NCBI GenBank assembly: GCA_046731695.1
Contig: JBKPLR010000001.1
Span: forward strand, 4,442 to 68,441
Length of the DNA: 64,000 nt
Source of the DNA: Actinomycetota bacterium
GTDB lineage: Bacteria > Actinomycetota > Thermoleophilia > Gaiellales > Gaiellaceae
Reading direction: 5' to 3'
Part shown: positions 55,030-63,102 of the stretch, in pieces
Layout of the letters: the number at the start of each line of letters is the position of its first letter
Numbering within the stretch: the stretch's first letter is position 1
Notes under the pieces: model-generated
Databases searched by the model: none
What the model was told of the DNA's origin: nothing
The model's input: the letters and a program-made list of their open reading frames with translations, nothing else
Program-made: the position numbers and the translations under genes

Positions 55030-56417
55030 GCGGTCGCCCCGAGCCGGCGGAGCGCGTCGCGGGCGACCTCGCGGTCGTCGAAGGGGATCGTGCGGTCGGC
55101 GAACTCCTGGCCTTGCTCGTGCCCCTTGCCGGCGATCACGACGACGTCACCTTCGTTCGCGAGCGAGATCGCCCGCTCGATCGCCGTCGTCCGGTCCGGG
55201 TCGACCTCGACCTCGGCGGTGACGCCCTCCAGGATCTCGTCGATGATCGCCTGCGGCTCCTCACTGCGGGGATTGTCCGAGGTCACGATCGCGACGTCTG
55301 CGAGCTCCGACGCGATCCGGCCCATGATCGGACGCTTGCCGCGGTCGCGGTCGCCGCCGCAGCCGAAGACGCAGATGAGCTTCCCGCTCGCGAGCTCGCG
55401 CGCCGTGCGGAGCACGCTCTCGAGGGCCTCGGGCTTGTGGGCGTAGTCGACGAGCACCTCGAACGGCTGGCCTTCCGAGACCGACTCGAACCGGCCCGGG
55501 ACTCCCCGGACGGCCTCGAGGCCGCGCGCGATCGCCTCGTCGTCGATCCCGAGCAGCCGGCTCGCGGCGATCGCGCCGAGCGCATTCTCGGCGTTGAAGC
55601 GGCCCCGGAGCTTGAGGTCGATTCCGTGCAGCGCTTCGGGTCGCACCTTTGCGTCCCCGGCGAAGCCGAACGTGAGCGCATCGGGGCGGTCCTGCGCGAG
55701 CTTCCGGCCCCACTCGGTACCGACGTTGATCGCCGCAGGCGGCCGGGCCCCGACGAAGAGCCGCCGCTTGGCCTCGAAGTACCGCTCCATCGTCCCGTGG
55801 AAGTCGAGGTGGTCCTGGCTGAGGTTCGTGAAGACGAGGGCCGAGAAGCGCACGTGGTCGAGCCGCCCCAGCTCCGACCCGTGCGAGGTCGCTTCCATCG
55901 CACAGCTGCGGTCGCCGGCGTCGAGCATCTCCCTGAACGCGTGCTGGATGTCGATCGCCTCGGGCGTCGTCCGGATCGCCGGGCGGCGTTCGCCTCCGAC
56001 GCGGCCCTCGATCGTTCCCAGCAGCCCGGGTCGGCGACCGGCCGCGGCGAGGATCGAGTAGAGCAGGAAGGTCGTCGTCGTCTTGCCGTTGGTGCCCGTG
56101 ACGCCGGCGACCTGCAGCTCCTGGCTCGGGTGCCCGAAGAACTCGTCGGCGACAACGGCCATGGCGCGGCGGGCGTCGAGGACGACGAGCTGCGGCACGT
56201 CGAGCTCCAGCGGGCGCTCGACGACGAGCGCGGCGGCGCCGTTCGCTACGGCCTCGGAAGCGAAATCGTGCCCGTCGGCGCGGCTCCCCGGAACGCAGAA
56301 GAAGAGGGCGTCCGGGCCGACGGCACGGGCGTCGTAGGCGAGGTCGCCGATCTCCACGGGGGCGCGTCGCAGGACGTCCGCGGGGGCGAGCGCTGCGATG
56401 ACGCGCTCGAGGTGCAT
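55026..56417 (-). CDS. murE: UDP-MurNAc-L-Ala-D-Glu--2,6-diaminopimelate (or L-Lys) ligase
   Basis: 463 aa, GVTGTNGKTTT, DYAHKP. Confidence 0.9.
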   Translation of the reverse strand: MHLERVIAALAPADVLRRAPVEIGDLAYDARAVGPDALFFCVPGSRADGHDFASEAVANGAAALVVERPLELDVPQLVVLDARRAMAVVADEFFGHPSQELQVAGVTGTNGKTTTTFLLYSILAAAGRRPGLLGTIEGRVGGERRPAIRTTPEAIDIQHAFREMLDAGDRSCAMEATSHGSELGRLDHVRFSALVFTNLSQDHLDFHGTMERYFEAKRRLFVGARPPAAINVGTEWGRKLAQDRPDALTFGFAGDAKVRPEALHGIDLKLRGRFNAENALGAIAASRLLGIDDEAIARGLEAVRGVPGRFESVSEGQPFEVLVDYAHKPEALESVLRTARELASGKLICVFGCGGDRDRGKRPIMGRIASELADVAIVTSDNPRSEEPQAIIDEILEGVTAEVEVDPDRTTAIERAISLANEGDVVVIAGKGHEQGQEFADRTIPFDDREVARDALRRLGATA

Positions 56418-56426
56418 CGGCGGGCG

Positions 56427-56432
56427 AGTCTA
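56427..56432 (-). promoter_or_regulatory. -10-like TAGACT, 9 nt upstream of the murE ATG (internal dcw promoter candidate)
   Basis: Minus strand reads TAGACT-cgcccgccg-ATG. The same hexamer is seen before hutH and the MBL gene. Confidence 0.35.
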
Positions 56433-56498
56433 CCAAGCAGGCCAGCCGTCGCCGGGTCGGCTCGGCGCGTCAGATCCGGCGTTTTTGCAGCACTTTTT

Positions 56499-56582
56499 TC
56501 ACACTTCCGTGACGGACACGTGCGCCCTTTCTCGGTACGATCGCCTCGGGGAGGAGGCTGGGCGAACCGCATTAAGGGACCC
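56499..56582 (+). repeat. Conserved intergenic element, copy B
   Basis: TCACACTTCCGTGACGGACACGTGCGCCCTTTCTCGGTACGATCGCCTCGGGGAGGAGGCTGGGCGAACCGCATTAAGGGACCC, in the 173-bp ftsI-murE gap, opposite in orientation to the dcw genes. Confidence 0.85.
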
Positions 56583-56589
56583 GCACGGT

Positions 56590-58293
56590 TTACGGCGTGA
56601 GGGACGAGGCCGTGGACGTCGTCGGCGCGTCCGGCGTGATGCCGCCCTCGAGGTACTGGAGGTCGAACTTCGCGATCTGGGAGAACGCCGGCGCCGCGAC
56701 GACGCCGCCCCAGATCGCGCCCTGAGGCTCGTCGACCGAGACGAGGATCACGAGCCGCGGCCGAGACGCGGGCACGATCCCGACGAACGAAGCGACGTAG
56801 CGCGAGTCCGAGTACGTCCCGTCCGAATCCACCTTTGCCGCGGTCCCGGTCTTCCCCGCAACCTGGTACCCGGGCACAGCGGCGAGCGTGCCGGTGCCGT
56901 CGAGCACGACGTTCTTCAGCATGGCGAGCAGTTGCGCGGAGACAGCGCGCGAGACGATCCGCCGCCGCGGCTGAACTACCGATGCCCGGTCGCCGACGTG
57001 GTGGACGAGATGGGGCCGCACCCACACGCCGCGGTTCGCGATTGCCGCGTACGCGGAAGCGAGCTGGATGGGCGTGACCGCGATTCCCTGCCCGATCGGC
57101 ACGTTCCCGATCGTCGACCCGGACCAGTCCTTCTCCGGAACGACGATGCCGGGGCTCTCGCCTGGGTAATCGATCCCGGTCCGCCGGCCGAACCCGAAAC
57201 GTGAGATCCACTGCGCTAGCCGGTGCTGCCCCAGCTTCTCGGCCAGCGTGATCGCGCCGACGTTCGAGGAACGCGAGAGAATCTGAGCCACGGTCATCGT
57301 CTCGGTCCCGCGAGGCTCGGCGTCGTGGATGATCCGGTCGGCGACGTGGATCGAGTACGGAAGGACGAATCTCGTCGACGACGACACGAGCCGGTCTGAC
57401 AACGCCCCGGCGACGGTCACGACCTTGAGCGTCGACCCCGGCTCGTACGTGTCCGTCACGGCACGGTTGCGCTGGAAGACGCGCCAGATCTTCGGATAGA
57501 CGTTGGCGTCATAACCAGGCGCCACGGCCATCGCAAGCACTCCGCCGGTCCGCGGGTCGAGCACGATTGCCGTCGCGCTCTTTGCGTGCCAGCGGGCCAC
57601 CGTCTGCTTGAGCACGACCTGGGCGTTGGCCTGAATCGTGTGGTCGAGCGTCAGGTACACGTCGCGCCCGTCACGCTCCGTCTGCGACTGGACCGTGTCG
57701 ATCACCTGGCCGGAGGCGTCCTTGATGATCCGTTCCCGACCCGGTCGGCCGCCGACCACCTTCTCGAGCGAGAGCTCGAGCCCGGCGAGGCCGTGGTTGT
57801 CGACACCCGCGTACCCGAGCACCTGCGAAGCGAGCGCGCTCTGCGGGTAGAACCGACGCTCCTCGGGATAGAACCCAAAGCCGGCGAGGTGCCGCCGTTG
57901 GAGCTTTGCTGCCCGCGCAGGGTCCGCCTTCCGCGCGATGTAGACGAAGCCACGCGTCTTGTCCGAGAGCGCAGTTTCGACCTCAGCCGGATCGAGCCGC
58001 AGCAGCTGCGCGGCGACCGCCGCCTCGCGGCGTGCGTCCTGCACGAGTCGCGGGTCGGCGTACACCGTCGTCGCCTGCTCACCGATCGCGAGCTGGACCC
58101 CGCCGCGGTCGAAGATCGTCCCCCTTGCGGCGGGAATCGTGACGTCCTGGCTGTGCTGGCTGGCGGCCACGCGCCCGAATGAGCTCGCACGAACTCCTTG
58201 CAGCCACGCAGCGCGCAGGAAGGCGATGCCAAACGCGAGCGCGAAGACCGCGAGCAGCAGCCGGATGCGGCGGTTGGTGACCCTCGCGTTCAC
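56590..58293 (-). CDS. ftsI: Class B penicillin-binding protein (FtsI/PBP2-type transpeptidase)
   Basis: 567 aa: N-terminal TM, dimerisation domain, SxxK PGSTLK, SSN, KTGT. Confidence 0.9.
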   Translation of the reverse strand: MNARVTNRRIRLLLAVFALAFGIAFLRAAWLQGVRASSFGRVAASQHSQDVTIPAARGTIFDRGGVQLAIGEQATTVYADPRLVQDARREAAVAAQLLRLDPAEVETALSDKTRGFVYIARKADPARAAKLQRRHLAGFGFYPEERRFYPQSALASQVLGYAGVDNHGLAGLELSLEKVVGGRPGRERIIKDASGQVIDTVQSQTERDGRDVYLTLDHTIQANAQVVLKQTVARWHAKSATAIVLDPRTGGVLAMAVAPGYDANVYPKIWRVFQRNRAVTDTYEPGSTLKVVTVAGALSDRLVSSSTRFVLPYSIHVADRIIHDAEPRGTETMTVAQILSRSSNVGAITLAEKLGQHRLAQWISRFGFGRRTGIDYPGESPGIVVPEKDWSGSTIGNVPIGQGIAVTPIQLASAYAAIANRGVWVRPHLVHHVGDRASVVQPRRRIVSRAVSAQLLAMLKNVVLDGTGTLAAVPGYQVAGKTGTAAKVDSDGTYSDSRYVASFVGIVPASRPRLVILVSVDEPQGAIWGGVVAAPAFSQIAKFDLQYLEGGITPDAPTTSTASSLTP

Positions 58294-58655
58294 CGAGCCC
58301 GTCGCCCGAGCCGGACGTACGTGGTCTGGATCGGGTCAGCGGGCACGAGCCCTTGCCGCTTGGCCAGGAGCTGGGTCCGCGAGGACGCCGCGGCAAGCGA
58401 GATCTGCGACGCGAGCGCCTGCTTCTCGGCGCGAAGCTTCGAGCGCTCGGCGTTGATCTTGTCGAGCTTGACGTTCAACCGGAGCACCGCGACGTTGAGC
58501 GCGACGACCCCGGCCAGCAGGACGGCCGTGACCACGATCCACACGACGCCGCCGGCTACCCGGCGCTGCCGGGCGCGCCGCTTCGGGGCAGCCTTCGGGC
58601 GCGGCCTAGGACGAGGGGACGAAAGGGCAGGGGCGGCGTCGCTCCAAGAGGCCAT
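58290..58655 (-). CDS. ftsL: FtsL-like cell division protein
   Basis: 121 aa: basic N-terminus, one TM, coiled-coil LNVKLDKINAERSKLRAEKQALASQIS. Position between rsmH and ftsI. Confidence 0.6.
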   Translation of the reverse strand: MASWSDAAPALSSPRPRPRPKAAPKRRARQRRVAGGVVWIVVTAVLLAGVVALNVAVLRLNVKLDKINAERSKLRAEKQALASQISLAAASSRTQLLAKRQGLVPADPIQTTYVRLGRRAR

Positions 58656-59621
58656 TCAGTCCTCCTGCACCTTCACGGCCGCGCGCAGCCGCGCCGAGGC
58701 CGCCCGTGGGTTGGTGGCGATCTCCTGGGTGGAAGGCCTGATCGCCCGGCGCGAGATGGCGCGCAGGACGGGCTCCTGTCCGCAGACACACACCGGGAAG
58801 TCCGCTGGGCATGTGCACCCGTGCTCCTGCTTGCGGAGGAACCGCTTGACCATCCGGTCCTCGAGCGAGTGGAAGCTGATGACGGCGAGCCGCCCGCCGG
58901 GCCGCAGCAGCTCGAGCGCAGCGGGCAGCGCATGCTCGAGCGAACCGAGCTCATCGTTGACCGCGATCCGCAGAGCCTGGAAGACGCGCTTCGCCGGATG
59001 CCCATCGCCGAACCGCGCCGGCGCGGGAATCGAGTGCTTGATCACGTCGACGAGCTCGCCCGTCCGCTCGAACGGCTGCTCGCGCCGGCGCATGCCGATC
59101 GCCCGCGCGATCTGCCGTGCATACCGCTCCTCGCCGTACTCCTTGAAGATCCTCGTCAGGTCGCGCTCGCTCTCCTCGTTCACGAGCTCGCGGGCGGAGA
59201 TCTCTCCGTTCGGGTCCATGCGCATATCGAGCGGCGCGTCGGCCGCGTACGAGAAGCCGCGCTCGGGCCGGTCGATCTGCATGCTCGAGACGCCGAGGTC
59301 GAAGAGCACCGCATCCGCGCGCACGCCGTTCGACGCGAGCTGCTCCAGGACGACGGAGAACTCGCCGCGCAGGAACCGGCCCTGCACCGCAGTCTGGCGC
59401 CGGAAGCGGTCGAAGTACGCGCGCGCCGAGGGGTCGCGGTCGATTGCGATCAGCTTGCCCTCGCCGCGGAGGTCAGCGGCCAGGATCTCCGCATGCCCGC
59501 CGGAGCCGAACGTCGCGTCGACGACGGTCTCTCCCGGCTGAACGGCGAGCGCCTCCCGTACTTCTTCCGCGAGAACGGGGACGTGGTCAGTCGCGCTTGG
59601 TCGCAAGACGTTCGGCAACAT
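58656..59621 (-). CDS. rsmH: 16S rRNA (cytosine1402-N4)-methyltransferase
   Basis: HVPVLAEEV, DATFGSGGH, DLGVSSMQ. ATG 59619-59621 chosen; GTG 59630 is possible. Overlaps the mraZ 3' end. Confidence 0.9.
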   Translation of the reverse strand: MLPNVLRPSATDHVPVLAEEVREALAVQPGETVVDATFGSGGHAEILAADLRGEGKLIAIDRDPSARAYFDRFRRQTAVQGRFLRGEFSVVLEQLASNGVRADAVLFDLGVSSMQIDRPERGFSYAADAPLDMRMDPNGEISARELVNEESERDLTRIFKEYGEERYARQIARAIGMRRREQPFERTGELVDVIKHSIPAPARFGDGHPAKRVFQALRIAVNDELGSLEHALPAALELLRPGGRLAVISFHSLEDRMVKRFLRKQEHGCTCPADFPVCVCGQEPVLRAISRRAIRPSTQEIATNPRAASARLRAAVKVQED

Positions 59622-60021
59622 GCTCCGCACTCCCTTCGATCTCCCTCAGGTGCGCCCGCCAGGCCGCCCGGTCCCAGATCTCGAGGTGGTCGCGCACCCC
59701 GGCGACGACGACCTCCTTCCCGATTCCGGCGTGCTCGGCCAGCGTGACGGGCACCATCACGCGGCCCTGCTTGTCCGGCTCCGACTCCGAAGCGCCGGCA
59801 AAGAAGAAGCGCTGCATCAGACGGCCCTCCTTGCTGAGCGGGTCGAGCTCGGCGAGGCGCCGGTCCACCGTCCGCTCCCAGTCCTCGCGCGGGTAGCAGT
59901 AGAGGCACCCGTCCATGCCGCGTGTAAGGACAACGCCCCCGGAAAGCGCTTCACGAAACTTGGCCGGTAGCGTGAGCCGGTTCTTGTCATCGATCGTGTG
60001 CTCGAATTCGCCTAGCAGCAT
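59587..60021 (-). CDS. mraZ: Transcriptional regulator MraZ
   Basis: 144 aa, two DxxxR SpoVT/AbrB-like repeats (DDKNRLTLPAKFR; DKQGRVMVPVTL). Confidence 0.9.
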   Translation of the reverse strand: MLLGEFEHTIDDKNRLTLPAKFREALSGGVVLTRGMDGCLYCYPREDWERTVDRRLAELDPLSKEGRLMQRFFFAGASESEPDKQGRVMVPVTLAEHAGIGKEVVVAGVRDHLEIWDRAAWRAHLREIEGSAEHVAERLATKRD

Positions 60022-60023
60022 CT

Positions 60024-60079
60024 TCCACTCTGCCCCACTTTAGACCACTATTCACCACTCCGCAACCCCTAAAACCCAC
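60024..60079 (-). promoter_or_regulatory. Array of GTGG(N) direct repeats with 10-bp phasing (MraZ-box-like operator) plus candidate promoter TTGCGG-N17-TAAAGT
   Basis: Minus strand: GTGGGttttagGGGTTgcggaGTGGTgaataGTGGTctaaaGTGGGgcagaGTGGAag-ATG. Four repeats are exactly 10 bp apart (plus-strand CCAC at 60025, 60035, 60045, 60055). Confidence 0.5.
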
Positions 60080-60114
60080 ATCTCACACCTCACCGCGGCC
60101 GGGCGTTTGTAGCG

Positions 60115-60582
60115 ATGATGGAAGCAGTGGCCGTCCCACCGTTCGAGCGGTTCTACGAGGAGCACAAGAACGCCGTGCTCGGCCAGCTGCGGCGACTGCT
60201 CGGACGCGACGCAGCCGAGGACGCATTTCAGGAGACGTTCCTGCGCGCGTTGCGGGCCTACCCGTCGCTGAGGCACGGGCAGCACCTGCGCACGTGGGCG
60301 CTGACCATCGCCCGCAATGTCGCGATCGACACGCGGCGGCGCGAGAAGCTCACCTCCGCCGATGTGCCCGACCTCGAATCGGTCGACGAGCCGCTTCCCT
60401 ACGACGAGCTTCGCCGGCTCACGGCCGACCTTCCGCACAAGGAACGCGCCGCGGTCTTCCTCCGCTACGGCTACGACCTCAGCTACGAGGACATCGGCGC
60501 GGCGCTCGGCTCCTCCCCGGAAGCCGCGCGTCAGGCTGCGTCGTCCGGTGTCCGAAGGCTGCGCAGAAAGGAGCTCTCATGA
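60115..60582 (+). CDS. ECF-type RNA polymerase sigma factor
   Basis: 155 aa with region 2 (AEDAFQETFLRALRAY...WALTIARNVAIDTRRR) and region 4 (LPHKERAAVFLRYGYDLSYEDIGAALG). Confidence 0.85.
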   Translation: MMEAVAVPPFERFYEEHKNAVLGQLRRLLGRDAAEDAFQETFLRALRAYPSLRHGQHLRTWALTIARNVAIDTRRREKLTSADVPDLESVDEPLPYDELRRLTADLPHKERAAVFLRYGYDLSYEDIGAALGSSPEAARQAASSGVRRLRRKELS

Positions 60583-61142
60583 CCGTCTCCCCCGAACTCG
60601 ATGCACGCTTCCGCGACGCGGCTGCCGCCGAGGGCCTGCTCGACGTCGCGTACGAGCTGCACGACACGCCGGTCGGCCGGCTCCTGATCGCGGTCACGGA
60701 CCACGGCGTCTGCGAGATCCACTACGACGCCGACCCCGAGGCCGAGGCAGAGCGCCTGGCGCGGCTCTTCGGCACGCGCGTCCTCCGCTCGGCACGGCCG
60801 ACCGACGAGGCCCGCCGCCAGCTCGACGAGTACTTCGCCGGCGAGCGACGCGAGTTCGACCTTCCCGTCGACCTCCGCCCGGCTCGCGAGTTCGGCCGTG
60901 CCGTTCTCGAGGAGCTCGCACAGGTGCCCTACGGCGAGCTCACGACCTACGGCGCCCTCGCGAAGAGGGCCGGGCGCCCTCGCGCCGCCCGCGCCGTCGG
61001 AACCGTGATGAACCGCAATCCCGTGCCGATCGTCTTGCCGTGCCACCGGGTGGTCGGCTCGACCGGCTCGCTGGTCGGTTATGCCGGCGGACTCGACCGC
61101 AAGCGCACGCTCCTGGAGTTGGAGGGAGCGCTTCTCGCCTGA
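60579..61142 (+). CDS. ogt: Methylated-DNA--protein-cysteine methyltransferase
   Basis: 187 aa from ATG 60579 (ATGA overlap with the sigma stop). Active site PCHRVV; YGELTTYGALA helix-turn-helix. Confidence 0.9.
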   Translation: MTVSPELDARFRDAAAAEGLLDVAYELHDTPVGRLLIAVTDHGVCEIHYDADPEAEAERLARLFGTRVLRSARPTDEARRQLDEYFAGERREFDLPVDLRPAREFGRAVLEELAQVPYGELTTYGALAKRAGRPRAARAVGTVMNRNPVPIVLPCHRVVGSTGSLVGYAGGLDRKRTLLELEGALLA

Positions 61143-61178
61143 TAGAACCGCCGCATCGCCGTCCAAAAGGAGGAGGTC

Positions 61179-61586
61179 ATGAGGCGGGTTGCTCCACTGA
61201 TCGTCGCCGCGCTGGCGTTGACCCTCGCCGCGCCTGCCGGCGCCAAAGGGCCGACGCTGAAGTCGCTGCAGGCACAGATCACGGTGCTCCAGAAGAAGGT
61301 GAAGAAGCTGCAGGCCGCGCAGAAGGTCGACCGCAACATCGCGGTCGCCGGGATCGTCTATACCGGCTGCACGGCGGCGGCCACCGCCGACGCCCTGCAG
61401 GGAACCTGGATGACCGTCGACGGATACGTCACCGGCACCGGGCACGCGGCCCTTTTCGGGACGCAGACGCCGGTCAACGACTACCAGGTCTGCTCTCAAG
61501 GGTTCAACATCGTGCGGCAGAAGAACGCCGTGCCACCAAGCGTCGCCGTGATCCAGGCGGTGCTCGACTTCTTCTTCAAGCCCTAG
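61179..61586 (+). CDS. Secreted hypothetical protein
   Basis: 135 aa. Strong SD AAAGGAGGAGG-tc-ATG; signal peptide MRRVAPLIVAALALTLAAPAGA, then a coiled-coil-like LKSLQAQITVLQKKVKKLQAAQK. Confidence 0.55.
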   Translation: MRRVAPLIVAALALTLAAPAGAKGPTLKSLQAQITVLQKKVKKLQAAQKVDRNIAVAGIVYTGCTAAATADALQGTWMTVDGYVTGTGHAALFGTQTPVNDYQVCSQGFNIVRQKNAVPPSVAVIQAVLDFFFKP

Positions 61587-62036
61587 GTCTCAGCCCTCAC
61601 GCGTGACACTGGCGTGGATCTCACGCGTGAGGGCTGCCACCTGCTCGGTAGATCCTTGTCCTGTCGAGTCAGGTCCGTGTTCGACTCGAGCAGCGCGGTG
61701 AGTGCGGCGACCCTGTCGGCCGCTTGCTGCTCCATCTGGCTATGCCGTCGCTCGGCGCGATCGTCGGCGCGTTTGTCGCGCTCGGCCTGCCGCGTCTGGG
61801 CGAGGAGGATCAGCGGCGCTGCGTAAGCCGCCTGGGTCGAGAACGCAAGGTTGAGCAGGATGAACGGGTATGGATCCCAGTGCTGGGTGAGCGCAATCGA
61901 GTTGAGCGTGACCCAGAGAATGACCACGATCGTCTGGCCGAAGGATGTACTGCGGCGTTCCGAAGAACCGCGCCGCGTGCTCGGCGCGGCGCCCGAACGC
62001 GTCGGGCCCGAACGTCCCGTGATGCACGTCCCGCAC
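61583..62036 (-). pseudogene. DUF1003-family membrane protein with an apparent frameshift
   Basis: The N-terminal segment VRDVHHGTFGPDAFGRRAEHAARFFGTPQYI is in the frame of ORF 61740..62036. The TM/core FGQTIVVILWVTLNSIAL...WDPYPFILLNLAFSTQAAYAAPLILLAQTRQ is in the frame of ORF 61583..62044. The junction is near 61935-61955. Confidence 0.55.
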
Positions 62037-62075
62037 GCGGCCACGCGCTCAGAGGCTAGGTCGCGCGGCGGACGC

Positions 62076-62291
62076 TTACTCCGCTGGAGTGATCAGCTCC
62101 CGGGCACGCTCGACGTCGGTCTCGTGGACGAGGATCTCATGCGTCCCGTCCGCGCCGAGGCCCTCGAAGGCCGAGTCGGCCTCCGGCGTCGGGCGGTGCG
62201 CGCACTCGATTCCTTCGCTGCGAAGGAGCCCGCAGAGCAGCTCGGCCTCGGCTTCGCCGGGCACGGTCGTCAGGCGGACACCCTCATCCAC
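62076..62291 (-). CDS. Small DUF2007-like protein
   Basis: Distal 71 codons of ORF 62076..62465 from GTG 62289-62291: VRLTTVPGEAEAELLCGLLRSEGIECAH...HEILVHETDVERARELI. Confidence 0.45.
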   Translation of the reverse strand: MDEGVRLTTVPGEAEAELLCGLLRSEGIECAHRPTPEADSAFEGLGADGTHEILVHETDVERARELITPAE

Positions 62292-62313
62292 GGCGCGAGC
62301 GTAGCGCGTGAAT

Positions 62314-63033
62314 TCATGCGGTGCGGCGCGCAGGCTCGGCAGACGCGAGCAGGCGGTACCCAACCCCCCAGACATTGAGGACGCAGTCCTCGGCACCGGC
62401 GAGCGTGAGCTTGCGGCGCAGGCGCGACGCGTGCGAGTCGAGCGTCCGAGTCCGACCGAGCGCAACGAAGCCCCAGACCTCGCGTAGGAGCTCCTCCTTC
62501 GTGAACACGCGCGTCGCTTCGGACGCGAGCTTCACGAGCAGCTCGTATTCCTTCGCCGCGAGCGCGACCTGGAGGCCGTGCACGGTGACGCGGCGCGTCG
62601 GCCGGTCGATTGCAATCGGGCCGGCGGCGAGCCGGTCTTGCTCGGCCGGCCTCGTCCGACGGAGCACGGCGTGGATCCTCGCGACGAGCTCTTCGTAATG
62701 GAACGGCCGCGGAACGAAATCGTCGCAGCCGCGCTCGAAGGCGTGCACGCGGTCGACAGCGTCGGCGCGCGCCTCGCCGAGCACGATCACGGGCACGTTC
62801 CGGTCCCAGGCACGGCCGGGCTCGCCTTCGCGCAGGCGGCGACAAATCTCGGTCCCGGTCGCGTCCTCCAGCCCGCCCACGAGCACGAGGTCGGGCCGGG
62901 CCCGCTCAACAAGCTCGAGCGTCAGGTCCTGCGCGTCGGCGCCGAGCACCTCGAACCCCTCGCTCATGAGGTGCCGCTCCAGGAAGTCCCGGGTTCCCGG
63001 CTCGGCCTCGGCGAGAAGAAGCGCCCGCGACAT
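62314..63033 (-). CDS. OmpR/PhoB-type response regulator with a degenerate (aspartate-less) receiver domain
   Basis: 239 aa with a winged-helix output (LAAKEYELLVKLA...VWGVGYRL). The receiver lacks canonical residues: LLLAEAEP, DLVLVGG, VIVLG, FVPRPF. Confidence 0.85.
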   Translation of the reverse strand: MSRALLLAEAEPGTRDFLERHLMSEGFEVLGADAQDLTLELVERARPDLVLVGGLEDATGTEICRRLREGEPGRAWDRNVPVIVLGEARADAVDRVHAFERGCDDFVPRPFHYEELVARIHAVLRRTRPAEQDRLAAGPIAIDRPTRRVTVHGLQVALAAKEYELLVKLASEATRVFTKEELLREVWGFVALGRTRTLDSHASRLRRKLTLAGAEDCVLNVWGVGYRLLASAEPARRTA

Positions 63034-63040
63034 GCGGTCG

Positions 63041-63046
63041 AAGCTA
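63041..63046 (-). promoter_or_regulatory. -10-like TAGCTT, 7 nt upstream of the response regulator ATG
   Basis: Minus strand reads TAGCTT-cgaccgc-ATG. Confidence 0.4.
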
Positions 63047-63102
63047 CCGACGTGTGCGTGCCGCGGCTAGATGTCCTTTAGCGCGAAACTGCGCCGAGCT
63101 CT

